A stretch of DNA of 64,000 nt from Eledone cirrhosa (taxonomy: Eukaryota): assembly GCA_964016885.1 (NCBI GenBank), contig OZ024740.1:248620001-248684000 (forward strand), read 5' to 3'. Numbering within the stretch: the stretch's first letter is position 1; every line of letters begins with the position of its first letter. A program made the position numbers and the translations under genes. Positions 25,090 to 37,192 of the stretch are shown here, in pieces. The notes beneath the pieces are model-generated. The model was given only the letters and a program-made list of their open reading frames with translations. It was not told the origin of the DNA and made no database searches.

Positions 25090-25449
25090 TAAATAACATT
25101 GTGTGTTTATTAAATATGGATTTGAAAACAAAATTTAGGAAATATGAAAATGAGGCTGAAATCAAATAACGGACAAAAAAGAATGAGGGGAAAAAATATA
25201 TAAATAAATATCCAGAACATAAACATACACACACTCAACCACACGCTTATACGTAATAGTACATAGTCGTATACCTTCTCACATAGGCGTATTTGCGTCT
25301 ACATGGAGATACGAACAGACACATAAAACGTGTGGTATTTTGCTCACATATACAGTCACGCATGTACTCAATAATAACGTAAAATTTATATATACACACA
25401 TGTGAATGAGTGTGCGTGTATATATATATATATATATATATAATTAATC

Positions 25450-25494
25450 ACTTTCGATCGTTTCATCCTAACACAATGCTGGATTCATCGGAGT
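25450..25494 (-). ncRNA. Degenerate hammerhead motif
   Basis: act-CCGATGA-atcc..ggat-GAAA-cgatcg-AA-agt. Stems are intact, with two core substitutions. Confidence 0.5.
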
Positions 25495-25739
25495 TTATAA
25501 TAAAGGTTGAAACCTAAATATAATATCACAAGTTTGTCATAAGAACATTAGAAGGATACATAATATGGAAATTAAGCATAAGTATCAATATTTATATAAG
25601 AAAAGATAGCAAAGTCGGAAAAAGCATATGAAAAATAAGAGCATATAAATACAATAAAATAAAATTAGGTGTCGCTAAAAACATCAAAATTTTAAAAACA
25701 TGCTGCTATAGAGAAACATGTTGCTTCTGAAGATCAATT

Positions 25740-26170
25740 ATGGACTCGTAAGAATACACCTAATAGTTTTGACATCACTATGGAGTCTAGTGATTCTGCA
25801 CAGCTCACCGATTTAGTTGGATTATACCTTTTGAATGAAATTCATAAAACTTTACCTTACCGGAGGGGGGGGGATTATATCGCGATGATGCCTGATTTAT
25901 TTTAGATTATAAAAAATATAAAATTGAAAGAACTAAAAAGGGAGTACATAAATACTTTAAAATGTTTAACCTAGGTATTACTTTAGATAAGAACACCAAA
26001 ACTGTTAATTTCCTTGACGTTACCCTATGCTTGGATTCTAAAACCTTTACACCTTACCATAAACCTAATGAAAAACTTTTTTATGTTGACACCAATTCTA
26101 ACCACCCTAGATCTGTCTTAAACTCAATTATTAAACGTGTATATAATAGAATTAGTAATTTATCTTTACG
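25740..26170 (+). mobile_element. Penelope-like RT fragment
   Basis: FDITMESSDSAQLTDLVGLYLL, GLYRDDA, VNFLDVTL, PYHKPNE..YVDTNSNHP. Confidence 0.8.
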
Positions 26171-26470
26171 AAGGTCGGACTTCCATACCGAACTCAAACT
26201 GTGACACGCCGCCCAGGCTTTGCTCTTCCACTCCCCCACATCATCCTCTGTGTTCCCAATCTTTGCTCCCAGATACAGGAAGTCTTCAATCAACTCTAGC
26301 GACTTCCCACTTCACTGGCGTCTCTGGCTTCTCTGGCTTCTCTAGCTTCTTAATGTTCTCTACCAGATACTTCGTCTTACAGTCATTCATTCTTAGACCC
26401 AAACTCATCGACACAGTCTCCACCACCTGCATCAACTCCTCTGCTCCTTCACTGTGTTTGCCATTTTGAT
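26170..26470 (-). mobile_element. RTE-like LINE fragment
   Basis: IEDFLYLGAKIG..KSKAWAACHSLSSVWKS. Confidence 0.6.
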
Positions 26471-26491
26471 TATTATTCGATATAACCCATA

Positions 26492-26579
<88 letters not shown>

Positions 26580-26749
26580 ATCCTTCTCGAGCCAATGGGC
26601 TATTGGGGCTTAAGCCTCTCCAATAATGTGGAAACTTGTTGAATAATCTTAAAGTTTTGTTAGTTAAACATTTCTCTATTAACTCTAAATGCGTTAGTAT
26701 AATCATGATTTTAATTTTAGCCCCTCCAATCCCAAAACTGTAACCGAAG

Positions 26750-26818
<69 letters not shown>

Positions 26819-26823
<5 letters not shown>

Positions 26824-26936
26824 AACGAGTAGGACCCCGACGGCTGAGCTCAAGCCGTTTCGACGGCTAATTCTGAATTCAGAATTAGCCGTCGAAACGG
26901 CTTGAGCTCAGCCGTCGAGGTCATACTCGTTCCTAT
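26819..26936. repeat. 118-bp palindrome made of two inverted 3' halves of a hammerhead ribozyme
   Basis: Centre GAA|TTC at 26877/26878, two mismatches. Each half reads stem II arm-GAAA-cggct-tgagctc-agccg-TC. Confidence 0.93.
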
Positions 26937-27011
26937 TACCCACTCTACTACCCTAAGTATTGAGTACTTTGGTGCGTTATGGTCCACCTGGTTCCTTACC
27001 ACATTTCCTTC

Positions 27012-27106
<95 letters not shown>

Positions 27107-27108
<2 letters not shown>

Positions 27109-27787
27109 ACCAAGGTGATGAGAACAGCCAACAACACAGGTCCAGCAATCAGAGTCAACGAACAAGACCTGGAAAAAGTCGATCACTTCACCTATCTGGG
27201 CAGTATCCTGGCAAACAATGGTGATGCAGAGCTCGACATCAACTGTCGGATCGGCAAAGGAGCCGCAGTTTTCCAGCGGTTGCACCCAATCTGGTCGTCT
27301 TCATGCATCAACACCAGGACTAAACTGCCCCCGTACAACAGCATCGTGCTGCCGACAGTGCTTTACGCGAGCGAAACCTGGAAGAGCACGGCAAAGATAG
27401 AGAGAGAGCTGAACGCATTCCACCAGCGGGGCCTGCGAAGGATCCTTCGTGTGTCCTGGCGTGAGCGAGTGCGAAACGATGAAATCCTGCGGAGAGCCGA
27501 GTTGTGGATGCTACAGAGGATGGTCATGGAGCGCCGGTGCCACCTGACTGGCCATATTCTGCGCTTGCCAGACGAACGACACTCGAAGACAGCGATGAAC
27601 TGGACTCCACCTGGCGGCAAACGGAGGCCGGGTTGCCCCAGGATCACCTGGTGATGAACGTTCCGAAAAGACCTGATGGCAGCGAACATCACTTGGCACG
27701 GACGCGAAAAACCGCCGTTGATCGTGACCGTTGCCGAGTACTTACTGCTCGATGCGCCGAACGGCGCGGAAGAACCTAAGACTAAGA
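27107..27787 (+). mobile_element. RTE-clade LINE 3' fragment between (TA)n tracts
   Basis: KTKVM, LEKVDHFTYLGS, DINCRIGK, LYASETW, LRRILRVSW, GKRRPG. Tail CTAAGACTAAGA. Confidence 0.88.
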
Positions 27788-27797
27788 TATATATATA

Positions 27798-28388
27798 TAT
27801 ATTTGAAAAAAAAGAAAAGAATGACTTCACTTGTAGTGTTAAAACATTTATGATTTAATGTTATAATATAATATTATAATATTATGAGTTGGTAGATCCA
27901 GTAGGTTCTTTGTTAACTTCGGTGGGAAGAATTTTAGAGATTCCTGGTTAACTTGGCTGGAGAACTTTCTCGCATTCGTCTGTCTGTGGGGATTGTCAAA
28001 CTGAGATCAGGTTGTGCTGAAATGTGTGACTATATATAATATGGATTTGGATGTGTGTATGTGTATACTTTAATTCCTCCGGACCTTCATCATCATCAAC
28101 ACTCATTAACACCACACGCCAGACCCCAGACACATCCAAATCCATATTATATATAGTCACACATTTCAGCACAACCTGATCTCAGTTTGACAATCCCCAC
28201 AGACAGACGAATGCGAGAAAGTTCTCCAGCCAAGTTAACCAGGAATCTCTAAAATTCTTCCCACCGAAGTTAACAAAGAACCTACTGGATCTACCAACTC
28301 ATAATATTATAATATTATATTATAACATTAAATCATAAATGTTTTAACACTACAAGTGAAGTCATTCTTTTCTTTTTTTTCAAATATA
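27798..28388. repeat. Inverted repeat, 259-bp arms (27798-28056, 28130-28388), 73-bp spacer
   Basis: The arms read as exact reverse complements by eye and abut (TA)n. Confidence 0.96.
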
Positions 28389-28420
28389 CCTAACTGTACC
28401 AAGGATCTCACACATTTTCC

Positions 28421-28504
<84 letters not shown>

Positions 28505-28933
28505 TGTCTATGTGTGTCTGTCTGTCTATGTGTGTGTGTGTAAAAAAAAAGAGGGTTATATAAAATTGCAGGCGCACGTCACGGCATTATCAAACATGTT
28601 AACAATCCACACGATGGGTATACCGATAGGATATAAATGTCAGAGATACACACACGCCAAGGGAGATAATCAAACGTATATATTAGTGTCCCATGCAAAA
28701 AAATGTTTTTTAATTTTTCCATTATCCAAACTTAGAAATGTTTTGTTGCGCAATGTTTGCTATCAAAAACATGATGTTATGATAATATTACACACATCTA
28801 CATAACTATAGGGATATAAAATATACGGAAGCGAAAACTAACCCCAACCAAACAGTGAGTGTGTTTTATTATATACTTCTGGCAATATTATAACAATATG
28901 ACCCTCCACAAATATAACCATATATATGTATGA

Positions 28934-28997
<64 letters not shown>

Positions 28998-29001
<4 letters not shown>

Positions 29002-30930
29002 TGAGGAAGCGTAGGGATCTATTTACGTCTCTACTTGAGTCCGGATTGAATCTCCCAGCGCGGGTGTTCACCTGTTTTACAACCAGCCAAAAAATACAGT
29101 CTCTCACACGCAATCTTAACATGTCCACACCGTACCGCATCCTGACGAAAGCGAGCACGAAAGGACCGCGTACTCTGATGTGACGTCACTGGCTCCTCAC
29201 TTCCAGCAAGACCTACCCTTCCCTTCCGGCACTCTAGACCCACGCTCCCCCTTGATCTCAAGGATCAAACCCCCATCATATCAAAGTCCGCCATCCACCT
29301 GGGTGAAAGGCATTCTTGTTGCGATCTCTGCAGAATTGTGACGGCGCTTACGCTCTCCTCTTCCACGAAGTCCGTTAAATCAACGACTCTATGGACATCA
29401 AAGACGTGACTTGGCATTCCGCCCATAGATGTTGTTTCGGGAATTTACAGCCGTTACCCTTCCCTTTCTCTATTGAGATGTGCAATGCGCATTTGGGGGC
29501 TTGACCTAGACTTCTTCGCCCACTTGTACAAATGCATTTTCTATCTCCTCCACTGATTACTGTAATGTATACAGATGTCGCCATTTGTATCTATATATTG
29601 CCCTATGTAGCATCAATTCCTCGGCCTGTCACACCTGTGGAAACGTGTTGTACCGGAACACCGCTTCCATTGGTAAAATGTGTTCCTTCTCCGCTATGGC
29701 CTAAATCGTGCGATGGTGTCTCTCCACGATCCCATATCCCTTCGGCCTGTACACCGCTCTGAAGAAGCAGCTCACATTCCAACCAGCAAGCGTTTCCTTC
29801 AACACCTCCAAAAAACTGCCCTGCTGGTATCCATCAACAGTTCATCCAAAAGGTCCCACTCCAAGAATATCTCTTTCAGTATCTGTGCAATTTCCTCTGT
29901 AGTCCCCATCTTCATCTCTCTCCATATTGCCATACTCCCTGGTCTGCAATCAACCATCAAGAGATATGTCCCCTGTCAGTAGAGTGTCACATCGACTGCT
30001 AAACATTTCCAGTTGTGCTCCACTGGGATGTTACCCGTCTTGTGCACGCCTTGGGTAGGATCGATAGACTGACATGTCGCAACTCCCAACCACTTTCTAG
30101 ACACTCTGCCTGGTAATATCGGAGTTGACTTTCCTGGCTAGGAACAGGATCCTATCCATTCCCATATGATGCATTGTATGCAACCTCCTCAACTCGACGT
30201 CACTCAGCCGACATACTGCAGCCTCAGGTGCTTTTAGCCGGGCTTTCTTCATCTTGGTTAGGATGCTTGCCCTATTTTTCTCCGAGGGCTCAATCACCAC
30301 ACTCAATTTCAGACCGAACTCAGCAGCCAGCTCTCTCGTTCGCACCCTCTTCTCACTGGTTAGCACTGATATCAGCTATCCAAGTACAGTGGCCGAATCA
30401 GTACAAATCTCTATGGTACACAGTCACCATCACAAAGCGTGATTCACTCCCCTCAGAACAGCATCCAATTCGGTCACGTTGACATGGTTACAGACTTCTT
30501 TTTTCCTGAGCCAGGCTGCCTCCTCAACATCTCTCACTCCCTATTTTCACAGTGACCCCTAGCGCTATGCTGCTGGCATCACGCCATACGGTTCCGTTCT
30601 CCGATTCGTGTATGTACCAGCTTCCCTTACTCGGTCATCCACCTTTACCGTCTCCACGATCTCCCGCATCGTGGCCACCGTCCTCTCTCCTACCCTGTCT
30701 CCCCAGCTCACCCCCTCCGCTCTTCACTTGACATAGCTGTTTGGAGCAACCCCGCGATTGAATAGTGGCTCACCAATTTCCCACACATTGAAAAAGGTTC
30801 TCGTCTATTCGTCTCGGTGCCCAGTTCAAGTACTTCATTTCCCCTCCTAATACCAGTGTCGACGTCTTATCTCGCAGCTTGAGTCCCAGAGCGGTTCCTT
30901 CTTCCATCGCCTCTGAGGGTTTCGTGGTAT
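28998..30930 (-). mobile_element. Decayed Gypsy fragment (RNase H, integrase, PPT, 3' LTR about 28998-29242) related to the element at 36814-41043
   Basis: LTSEKRVRTR, PSEKNRA and LHTMHHMGMDR match pol at 39.6-39.9 kb. The pre-LTR sequence TTGATCCTTGAGATCAAGGGGG matches 40750-40771. LTR limits are approximate. Confidence 0.85.
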
Positions 30931-30931
30931 C

Positions 30932-33900
30932 GGGTTAGGGTTATGGTTAGAGTTAAGGTCATGGTTCGGATTATGGTTAGGTATAGGGTTTGTGTTAGAG
31001 TAAAGGCTTGCGTTAGGGTTAGTGTTAAGTATACGATTAGGGTTAATTTTAGTCTTAGGTTTTGAGGGTTAGAGTTAGAGTTAGTGTTAGGGTATGCGTT
31101 AGAGTCAGAGTTAGGTTTAAGTTTACGGTTAAGGTTAAGTTAGTGTTAGGGTTAGGTTTAGGGTTAGGGATTAGTGGTAAGTTTAGTGTTCGGATTGGAG
31201 TTGGAGATAGGTTTATGGTTAGGCTTAGGGTTAATGTTAGGTATAGATTTAGGGTAAGGGTTAATGTTAGACTTAGGGTTATGTTTTAGTTACGGTTAGT
31301 GTTAGCGTTAGAGTTAGCGTTAATGTTTTATTTAGGGTTAGTGTTAGGGTTAGGTTTAGGGTTAGTTTTTGTGCTAGCGTTAGGTTTAGAGTTAGGATTA
31401 CTGTTAGGGTTAGGTTTAGGGTTAGAGTTAGTGTTAGGGTTAGGGTTAGGATTAGGGTTAGTGTTAGGATTAGGGTTAGGTTTAATGTAGTGTTACGATT
31501 AGAGTCAGGATGAACGTTAGGTTTAGAGTAAGGGTAAGGGTTGGGGTTTAGGGTTATGGTTAAGGTTATGGTTATGGTTATGGTTATGGTTATGGTCCGG
31601 ATTATTGTTAGGGTTAGTTTTTGTGTTAGCGTTAGGTTTAGAGTTAGAATTACTGTTAGGGTTATGTTTAGGGTTAGGGTTAGTTTCAAGATTAAGGTTA
31701 GTGTTAGACTTAGAGTTGGGGTTAGGTTTAAGGTTGTGGTTCGGGTTATGGTTAGGTTTAGGGTTGGTGTTAGGTTAAAGGTTTGCGTTAGGGCTAGGGT
31801 TACATTTATGTTTAGGGTAAGTTCTAAGGTTAAGTTTAAGTTTAGGGTTAGTGCTAGGGTAGGTTTTTGCATCAGGGTCAGGATTAGATATAGAGTTATG
31901 ATTAGGGTTAAGTAAGTCTTAGGGTTGGGGTTAGTGTTACAGCTTGGTTTAGGGTTAGGGTTTAATGTTAGGGTTAGAGTTGGGGATAGGGCTTTTGTTA
32001 GGTTTAGGTTTAGTATTGTTTAGTTTTAGGATAAGGGTTAATGATAGAGTTAGTGTTACGTTTCGGCTAGGGTTGAGGTTAGTGTTAGTGTTAAGGTTAT
32101 GTTTAGGGTTATGGTTATTTTTAGGGTTAGGTTTAATGTAATGTTACTGTTAGAGTTAGGGTTAGTGCTATGGTTAGGGTTAGGATTTTGATTAGGGGTA
32201 GGGTTATGGTTGCGGTTAAGGTTGGGTTTCGGTTTAAGGTTAGTGTTAGATTTTGGGTTAGGGTTATGGATAGAGTTAGGGTTATGTATAGGGTTAGGTT
32301 TAATGTAGTATTGCGGTTAGAGTCAAAGTTAGTGTTAGGGTAAGTATTAGGGATAGGGTTATCGTTAGGGTTAGGACTATGTTTAGGATTATGATTAGGG
32401 TAGGGTTATGGTTATGGTTAAGGTTAGGGTTAGGTTAATGTTAGTGTTAGGGTAAGGTTTGGAGTTAGGGTTTGGGTGAGGGTTAGGTTTGGGGTTTGGG
32501 TTACTGTTAGGGTTAATATTAGGTTTCGGGTTAGGATTAGCTGCAAAGAATGTTAGCGTTATGGTTACCTTCAATGTTATGGCTAGGATTAGAGTTAGGT
32601 TTATTGTTAGGGTTAGGGTTAGGGTCAGTGTTAGTGTTAGTGTTAGGGTGAGGTTTAGCGCTAGATTTAGGGCTAGGGTTAGTGTTAGAATTAAATTTAG
32701 TGTTAGGGTTAGTGTTAGGTTTAGATTTAGAGTAAGGCTTCGGCTTATGGTAAGGTTTAGGGTAAGGGTTAATGTGAAAGTAAGGGTTATGTTTTATTGA
32801 CGGTTAGGGTTGTGGTTTTTATTAACGTTAATGTTATTTTAGGGTTAGGGTTATGATGAGGGTTATGTTTGGGGTTAATTTTAATGGTTACAGCTAGAGT
32901 CAAAGTTAGGGTTAGGGTTAATATTAGGGCTAAGCTTAGACTTAGTGTTAGGGCTATGTTTATGGTTAGGGTTAGGATTATGATTGGGGGTAGGGTTATG
33001 GTCATGGTTAAGGTTGGATTTCGATTTACTTTTACTGTTAAGGTTAGGTTTGGGGTTAGGGTTAGGGATATGGTTAGTGTTTGGGTGAGGGTTAGAGTTG
33101 GGGTTGAGTTACGGTTATGGTTAATGTTATGTTTCAGGTAAAGGTTAGGTGCAGCAGTAGTGTTAGCATTATGGTTAGGTTTATGGTTATGGTTAGGTTT
33201 AGGTTTAGGTTTAGAGTTAATTTTAGGGTTACGTTTAAGAATAGGGTTATGGTTAGTGTTAGGGTTAGGGATAGTGTTAGGTTTAGGTTTTTGGTTAAGG
33301 TTAGGGTTACTATTCGGGTTATGGTTAGAATTGGGCTAGTTTTAGTGTTAGGTTTTTGTGTTAGTTAGGGTTAGGGTTATGTTTCGTGTTAGGGTAAATG
33401 TTAGGTTTACGGTTAAGGTTAGCGTTGGGGTTATGGTTAGGTTTCTGGTTAGGTTTAGGGTTAGGGTTAGGGTTAGTGTTAGGGTTAGGGTTAGGGTTAA
33501 TATTAGAGGTAGGGCTATATTTTGGTTATGGTTAGGTTTAGGTTTAGTTTTAGCGTTAAGGTCATGTTTATGGTTAGTTTAGTATTAGTGTTAGTGTTGG
33601 GTTTAGGGTTATGTGCAGGGTTATTTTTATTGTAGTTATGTTTAGATTCAGGGATAGGGTTAGGGTTAGTATCTAGGGTTATGGTTAGTTTTAGGGTTAA
33701 GGTTAGGTTTGGGCTTAGGATTATGTTTAGTAGGATTATGGTAACGGTTAATGTTGGCGTTAGAGTTAGGGTTAGTGTTAGGTTAGGGTTAAGGCTAAAA
33801 TTAGTGTTAGGGTTAGTGTTAAGTTTAAGTTTAGGGTAAGGGTTATGGTTTGTGTTAGAGATAAGGTTATGTTTAGCTTAGGGTAAGGTTTTGCGTTAGG

Positions 33901-34253
33901 GTCAGGGTTAAGTGTAGGATTAGGCTTAGTGTTAGGTTTAGGGTTAGGGTAGGGTTAGGGTTAGGTTTAGAGTTAGGATTACTGTTATGATTATGTTTAG
34001 GCTTGGAGTTAGTGTTAGAGTTAAGGTTATATGTAGCTGTAGTTTTAGAGTTAGGGTTAGCGTATGCGATACATTTAAGGTTATTGTGACGATTAAGTGT
34101 TATTGTTAGAGTTAGGGATACGTTTAGGGGTAGGGTTCGGGTTTGTGTTAATGTAGTGTTATGTTTAGAGTTAGGGTTAGTGTTAGGACTTGGATTATGT
34201 TTAGGGATAGTGTTAGGTTTAGTGCTACGGTTAGTGTTATTGTTATGGTTATG
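30932..34253 (+). repeat. Degenerate interstitial telomere-like array, (TTAGGG)n with TTAGTG/TTATGG/TTAGGT variants, about 3.3 kb
   Basis: 6-bp periodicity runs throughout, with the G-rich strand on +. Confidence 0.95.
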
Positions 34254-34255
34254 GA

Positions 34256-34445
34256 TAATACAACTGTTATGAAAAATACAACTTCACTGGCAAAATTAAT
34301 CTGGTCCCTTAAAGAAGATAAGGTTAAATATAATTTTAAATGGTCTCTAATTAACACAACAAGGCCATATGCTGGAAATAGATCCAAATGTAATCTTTGC
34401 TTAACCGAGGCATTCGAAATATTGACCTCAAATTTGAACTTATGC
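34256..34445 (+). mobile_element. Penelope GIY-YIG C-terminal fragment
   Basis: NTTSLAKLIWSLKE..YNFKWSLI....PY.....CNLCLTEAFEIL. Confidence 0.8.
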
Positions 34446-35018
34446 TATAAATGGTGGTGGGTGGGGGGTCCGAGTGGGGAGGGCTGAAGGTCGTGTTTGT
34501 GTATGTGTGTAGGTGTACGTGTGTGTGTGTGTGTGTGAATGTGAGAGTTGGAGGAAGAACGAAGTTCCATGTTCAGGTAAAAGGGAAACCGGTGTGTACA
34601 TGGGGTGGGGTGTAAGTCGGTGTGTGCGTGCGTGTGGATGGAGAGGGGTCAGAGGAGTAGGGAAGAAGGGGTGTGTGGAGTCCGGAGGCTGAGTGTGTGT
34701 ATGTGAGGATACCCACGTGTGTGTTTGTGTTTATATGTGGTGTGGATGTAGGCGGCGTGGTCCGAAAATAATGTAAGTGCTTGTTCGTGTGTAGGGTATT
34801 TCCACGGAGTGTGAGACAAGATGGAGATTCCACGTGTCGTAGAATGGATAGCTGGAACGATGACTGGTGGTGTAAAATCCTGGTGTGGTAATAATATTAA
34901 TAATAAATTAAGTATAACTATATATATGTGTGTGTGTGTGCTTATATGTATGTGTCTGAGTATATGTGTGTATGTATATATACACACACGCACATATATA
35001 CTCATACACATACATATA

Positions 35019-35060
<42 letters not shown>

Positions 35061-35877
35061 ACACATATATATATATACATGTGTATGTATGTGTGTATAT
35101 ATGCGTACACTCGTGCAAAATGACATAACTGTATGGACCCCCGAGCATATGAACTCGCGTATTTCGTTAGTGTGTACATATGTAGGGCTACGGACATATG
35201 TACGTCTGTGCGTGGGAGAGCGTGCGTGTGTGAATCTGTATGCGTGTACACATGTATATTTATACTCTTCTGATAGCCTCTTCACACAATACACACTGCG
35301 CCGGTGTTGCCTTACCCACACAGTTAATTTAATTTTTCTTTTATCTATTTTAGTCTTTTCTAACATTAACCACAACTTTTAATTCATTATTGTACATTTA
35401 TTCCTCACATTTATTCCGTACATATATATCCTAAAGGATATATATAGATAGGTTACAACAATGTCCCGCCCCTAACCTACTTCCCATTTGTTTCTCCTCT
35501 TTCCTTTTCTCTTATTCCAGCAAACCACTGACCAGCGAATCCTGTCCCTCTTCCCTCTCAGTACAGCACAGCACTCTTTCATCTCCCATCACACATACCC
35601 CATAACCACACCCACACCCACACCCAGCACCTTCGCCTCACTACATACATGCCACAATGTCTATGAAACAGCCAAAACACCACATGCCCCGCAACTCACA
35701 CCACCGCACCCCACCCCCACCTCATCATTATGATCTTCCCCCCACCTATTGCACATGCCAAAACATTCCTCATAGCAAAACCACCAATCAAAACAAACAT
35801 TAACTGACCACCATAAATGAATGTGAATCATTACATTTCTAAGCCCTACAGGTTCATTCTGTCATTATCACAGCAGA

Positions 35878-35965
35878 GGTTCTGGTGAGCTTTTGATTCC
35901 AGAGTCGGGCTAGATCGATACAGATCAAACCTTGAGCTGATCAATAGCAAAACTCGTGTCACTAC
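35878..35965 (+). ncRNA. Degenerate hammerhead motif
   Basis: CTGGTGA-gct..agc-AAAA-ctcgtg-TC followed by AATAAA. Two core substitutions and a poor stem I. Confidence 0.35.
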
Positions 35966-36619
35966 TCAATAAACGTAATGAAGGCTTAACAATTCGTTCT
36001 TTTACTATTATATGTGTGTGTGTTAGGTATATTTCCATATATGGCTTTATGTTGAAATATATAGATATTTTTGTGTCTATGTATGTATATATGTGTATAT
36101 ATGAATATATGTATAAGTGTGTGGATATCTATGCGTGTATATATATATATATATATGTGTATGTGTATGTATGTGTGTGTATATATATGTGTATATGTGT
36201 GTGTATATATATATGTATGTATGGTATATATATATGTATGTGTGTATATATATGTGTATGTATGTGTATATGTATGTGTGTGTGTATGTACACATATATG
36301 TGTATTTATATCTATATGTGTGTGTGTATGTATGTATATGTATATGTCTTTATTTTTTTCCGTTTTATCTTTTATATTTTTTATCAATATTATATTTCTC
36401 TTTCTATTTATCAGCAATTTATTTTGAAAAAGAGTTTTTATAGTTTTTATAGTAATGTGCTGGAGTGGTTTGACGCTGTACTTCTGTAGTTAAACAACAT
36501 ATTTATTTTCCATGCATCATGGCGGTTTTTTTTTTATTTCAAATGTAAACAAATTCTCTGACTGCTTGTTGTTGGGTGGTCTGATGTGTTTTATAATGAG
36601 ACTTTTACTTATAGATAAC

Positions 36620-36664
36620 TGATTTTGAAAAGTCCAAATAAGGGGACAAAACGTTCGTAAATCA
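36620..36664 (+). ncRNA. Degenerate hammerhead motif
   Basis: tgatt-TTGAAAA-gtcc-aaataagg-ggac-AAAA-cg-tt-cg-TA-aatca. All three stems are perfect, but the core has three transitions. Confidence 0.55.
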
Positions 36665-37192
36665 ATATTTAATGTAAAAACGTATTTGGTATTTACTTTA
36701 ATGAATAATTTGCTTCATATGTAATTATTATTTTTAACACAATAGGATTTTGTACACATGCTTGTTTCAAAAAATCTTTTAAAGAAGTATGAAACATAGC
36801 CTTTTGTACTGTTTGTGGGTATGGTGTGGCGTGCGGTGGCCGGAAGCTGGGGAGTGCTCGACCGGAAGAGTGCTTGACCGGAAGGGTGCTTGGCCGGAAG
36901 GGTGCTCGACCGGAAGGGCCAGCAGATCGGCCTCTCTCTAGTGGTGACCAGGAATGGTGTGGACGCGAGTTTGGGCAGCTCCCGGTGTTAATGAGTTGGA
37001 CGCACGTGGAAGAGGAGAAACCAGCGGCGCCTATGAAAAGCGATAAGTCAGATAGCTTTTTCTAACCACAAGCTATTTCGGCACTGGAAACTGAGATCTG
37101 ATTGAAAAAAAAAAAAAAAAAGCTACTGGAAAAACAGAGAGAAGTCTGTTGTTTTTTTTTTTTTTATCACGTACCGCAAGATAAATTAGGAT

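Noticed and set aside
31062-33582. Many Val/Arg/Leu/Thr-rich ORFs
   Set aside because: They are translations of the degenerate TTAGGG array.
34573-36489. His/Thr/Tyr/Ile/Cys/Val-rich ORFs (also 56-57 kb and 60.7-62 kb)
   Set aside because: Translations of (CA)n/(TA)n-derived sequence.
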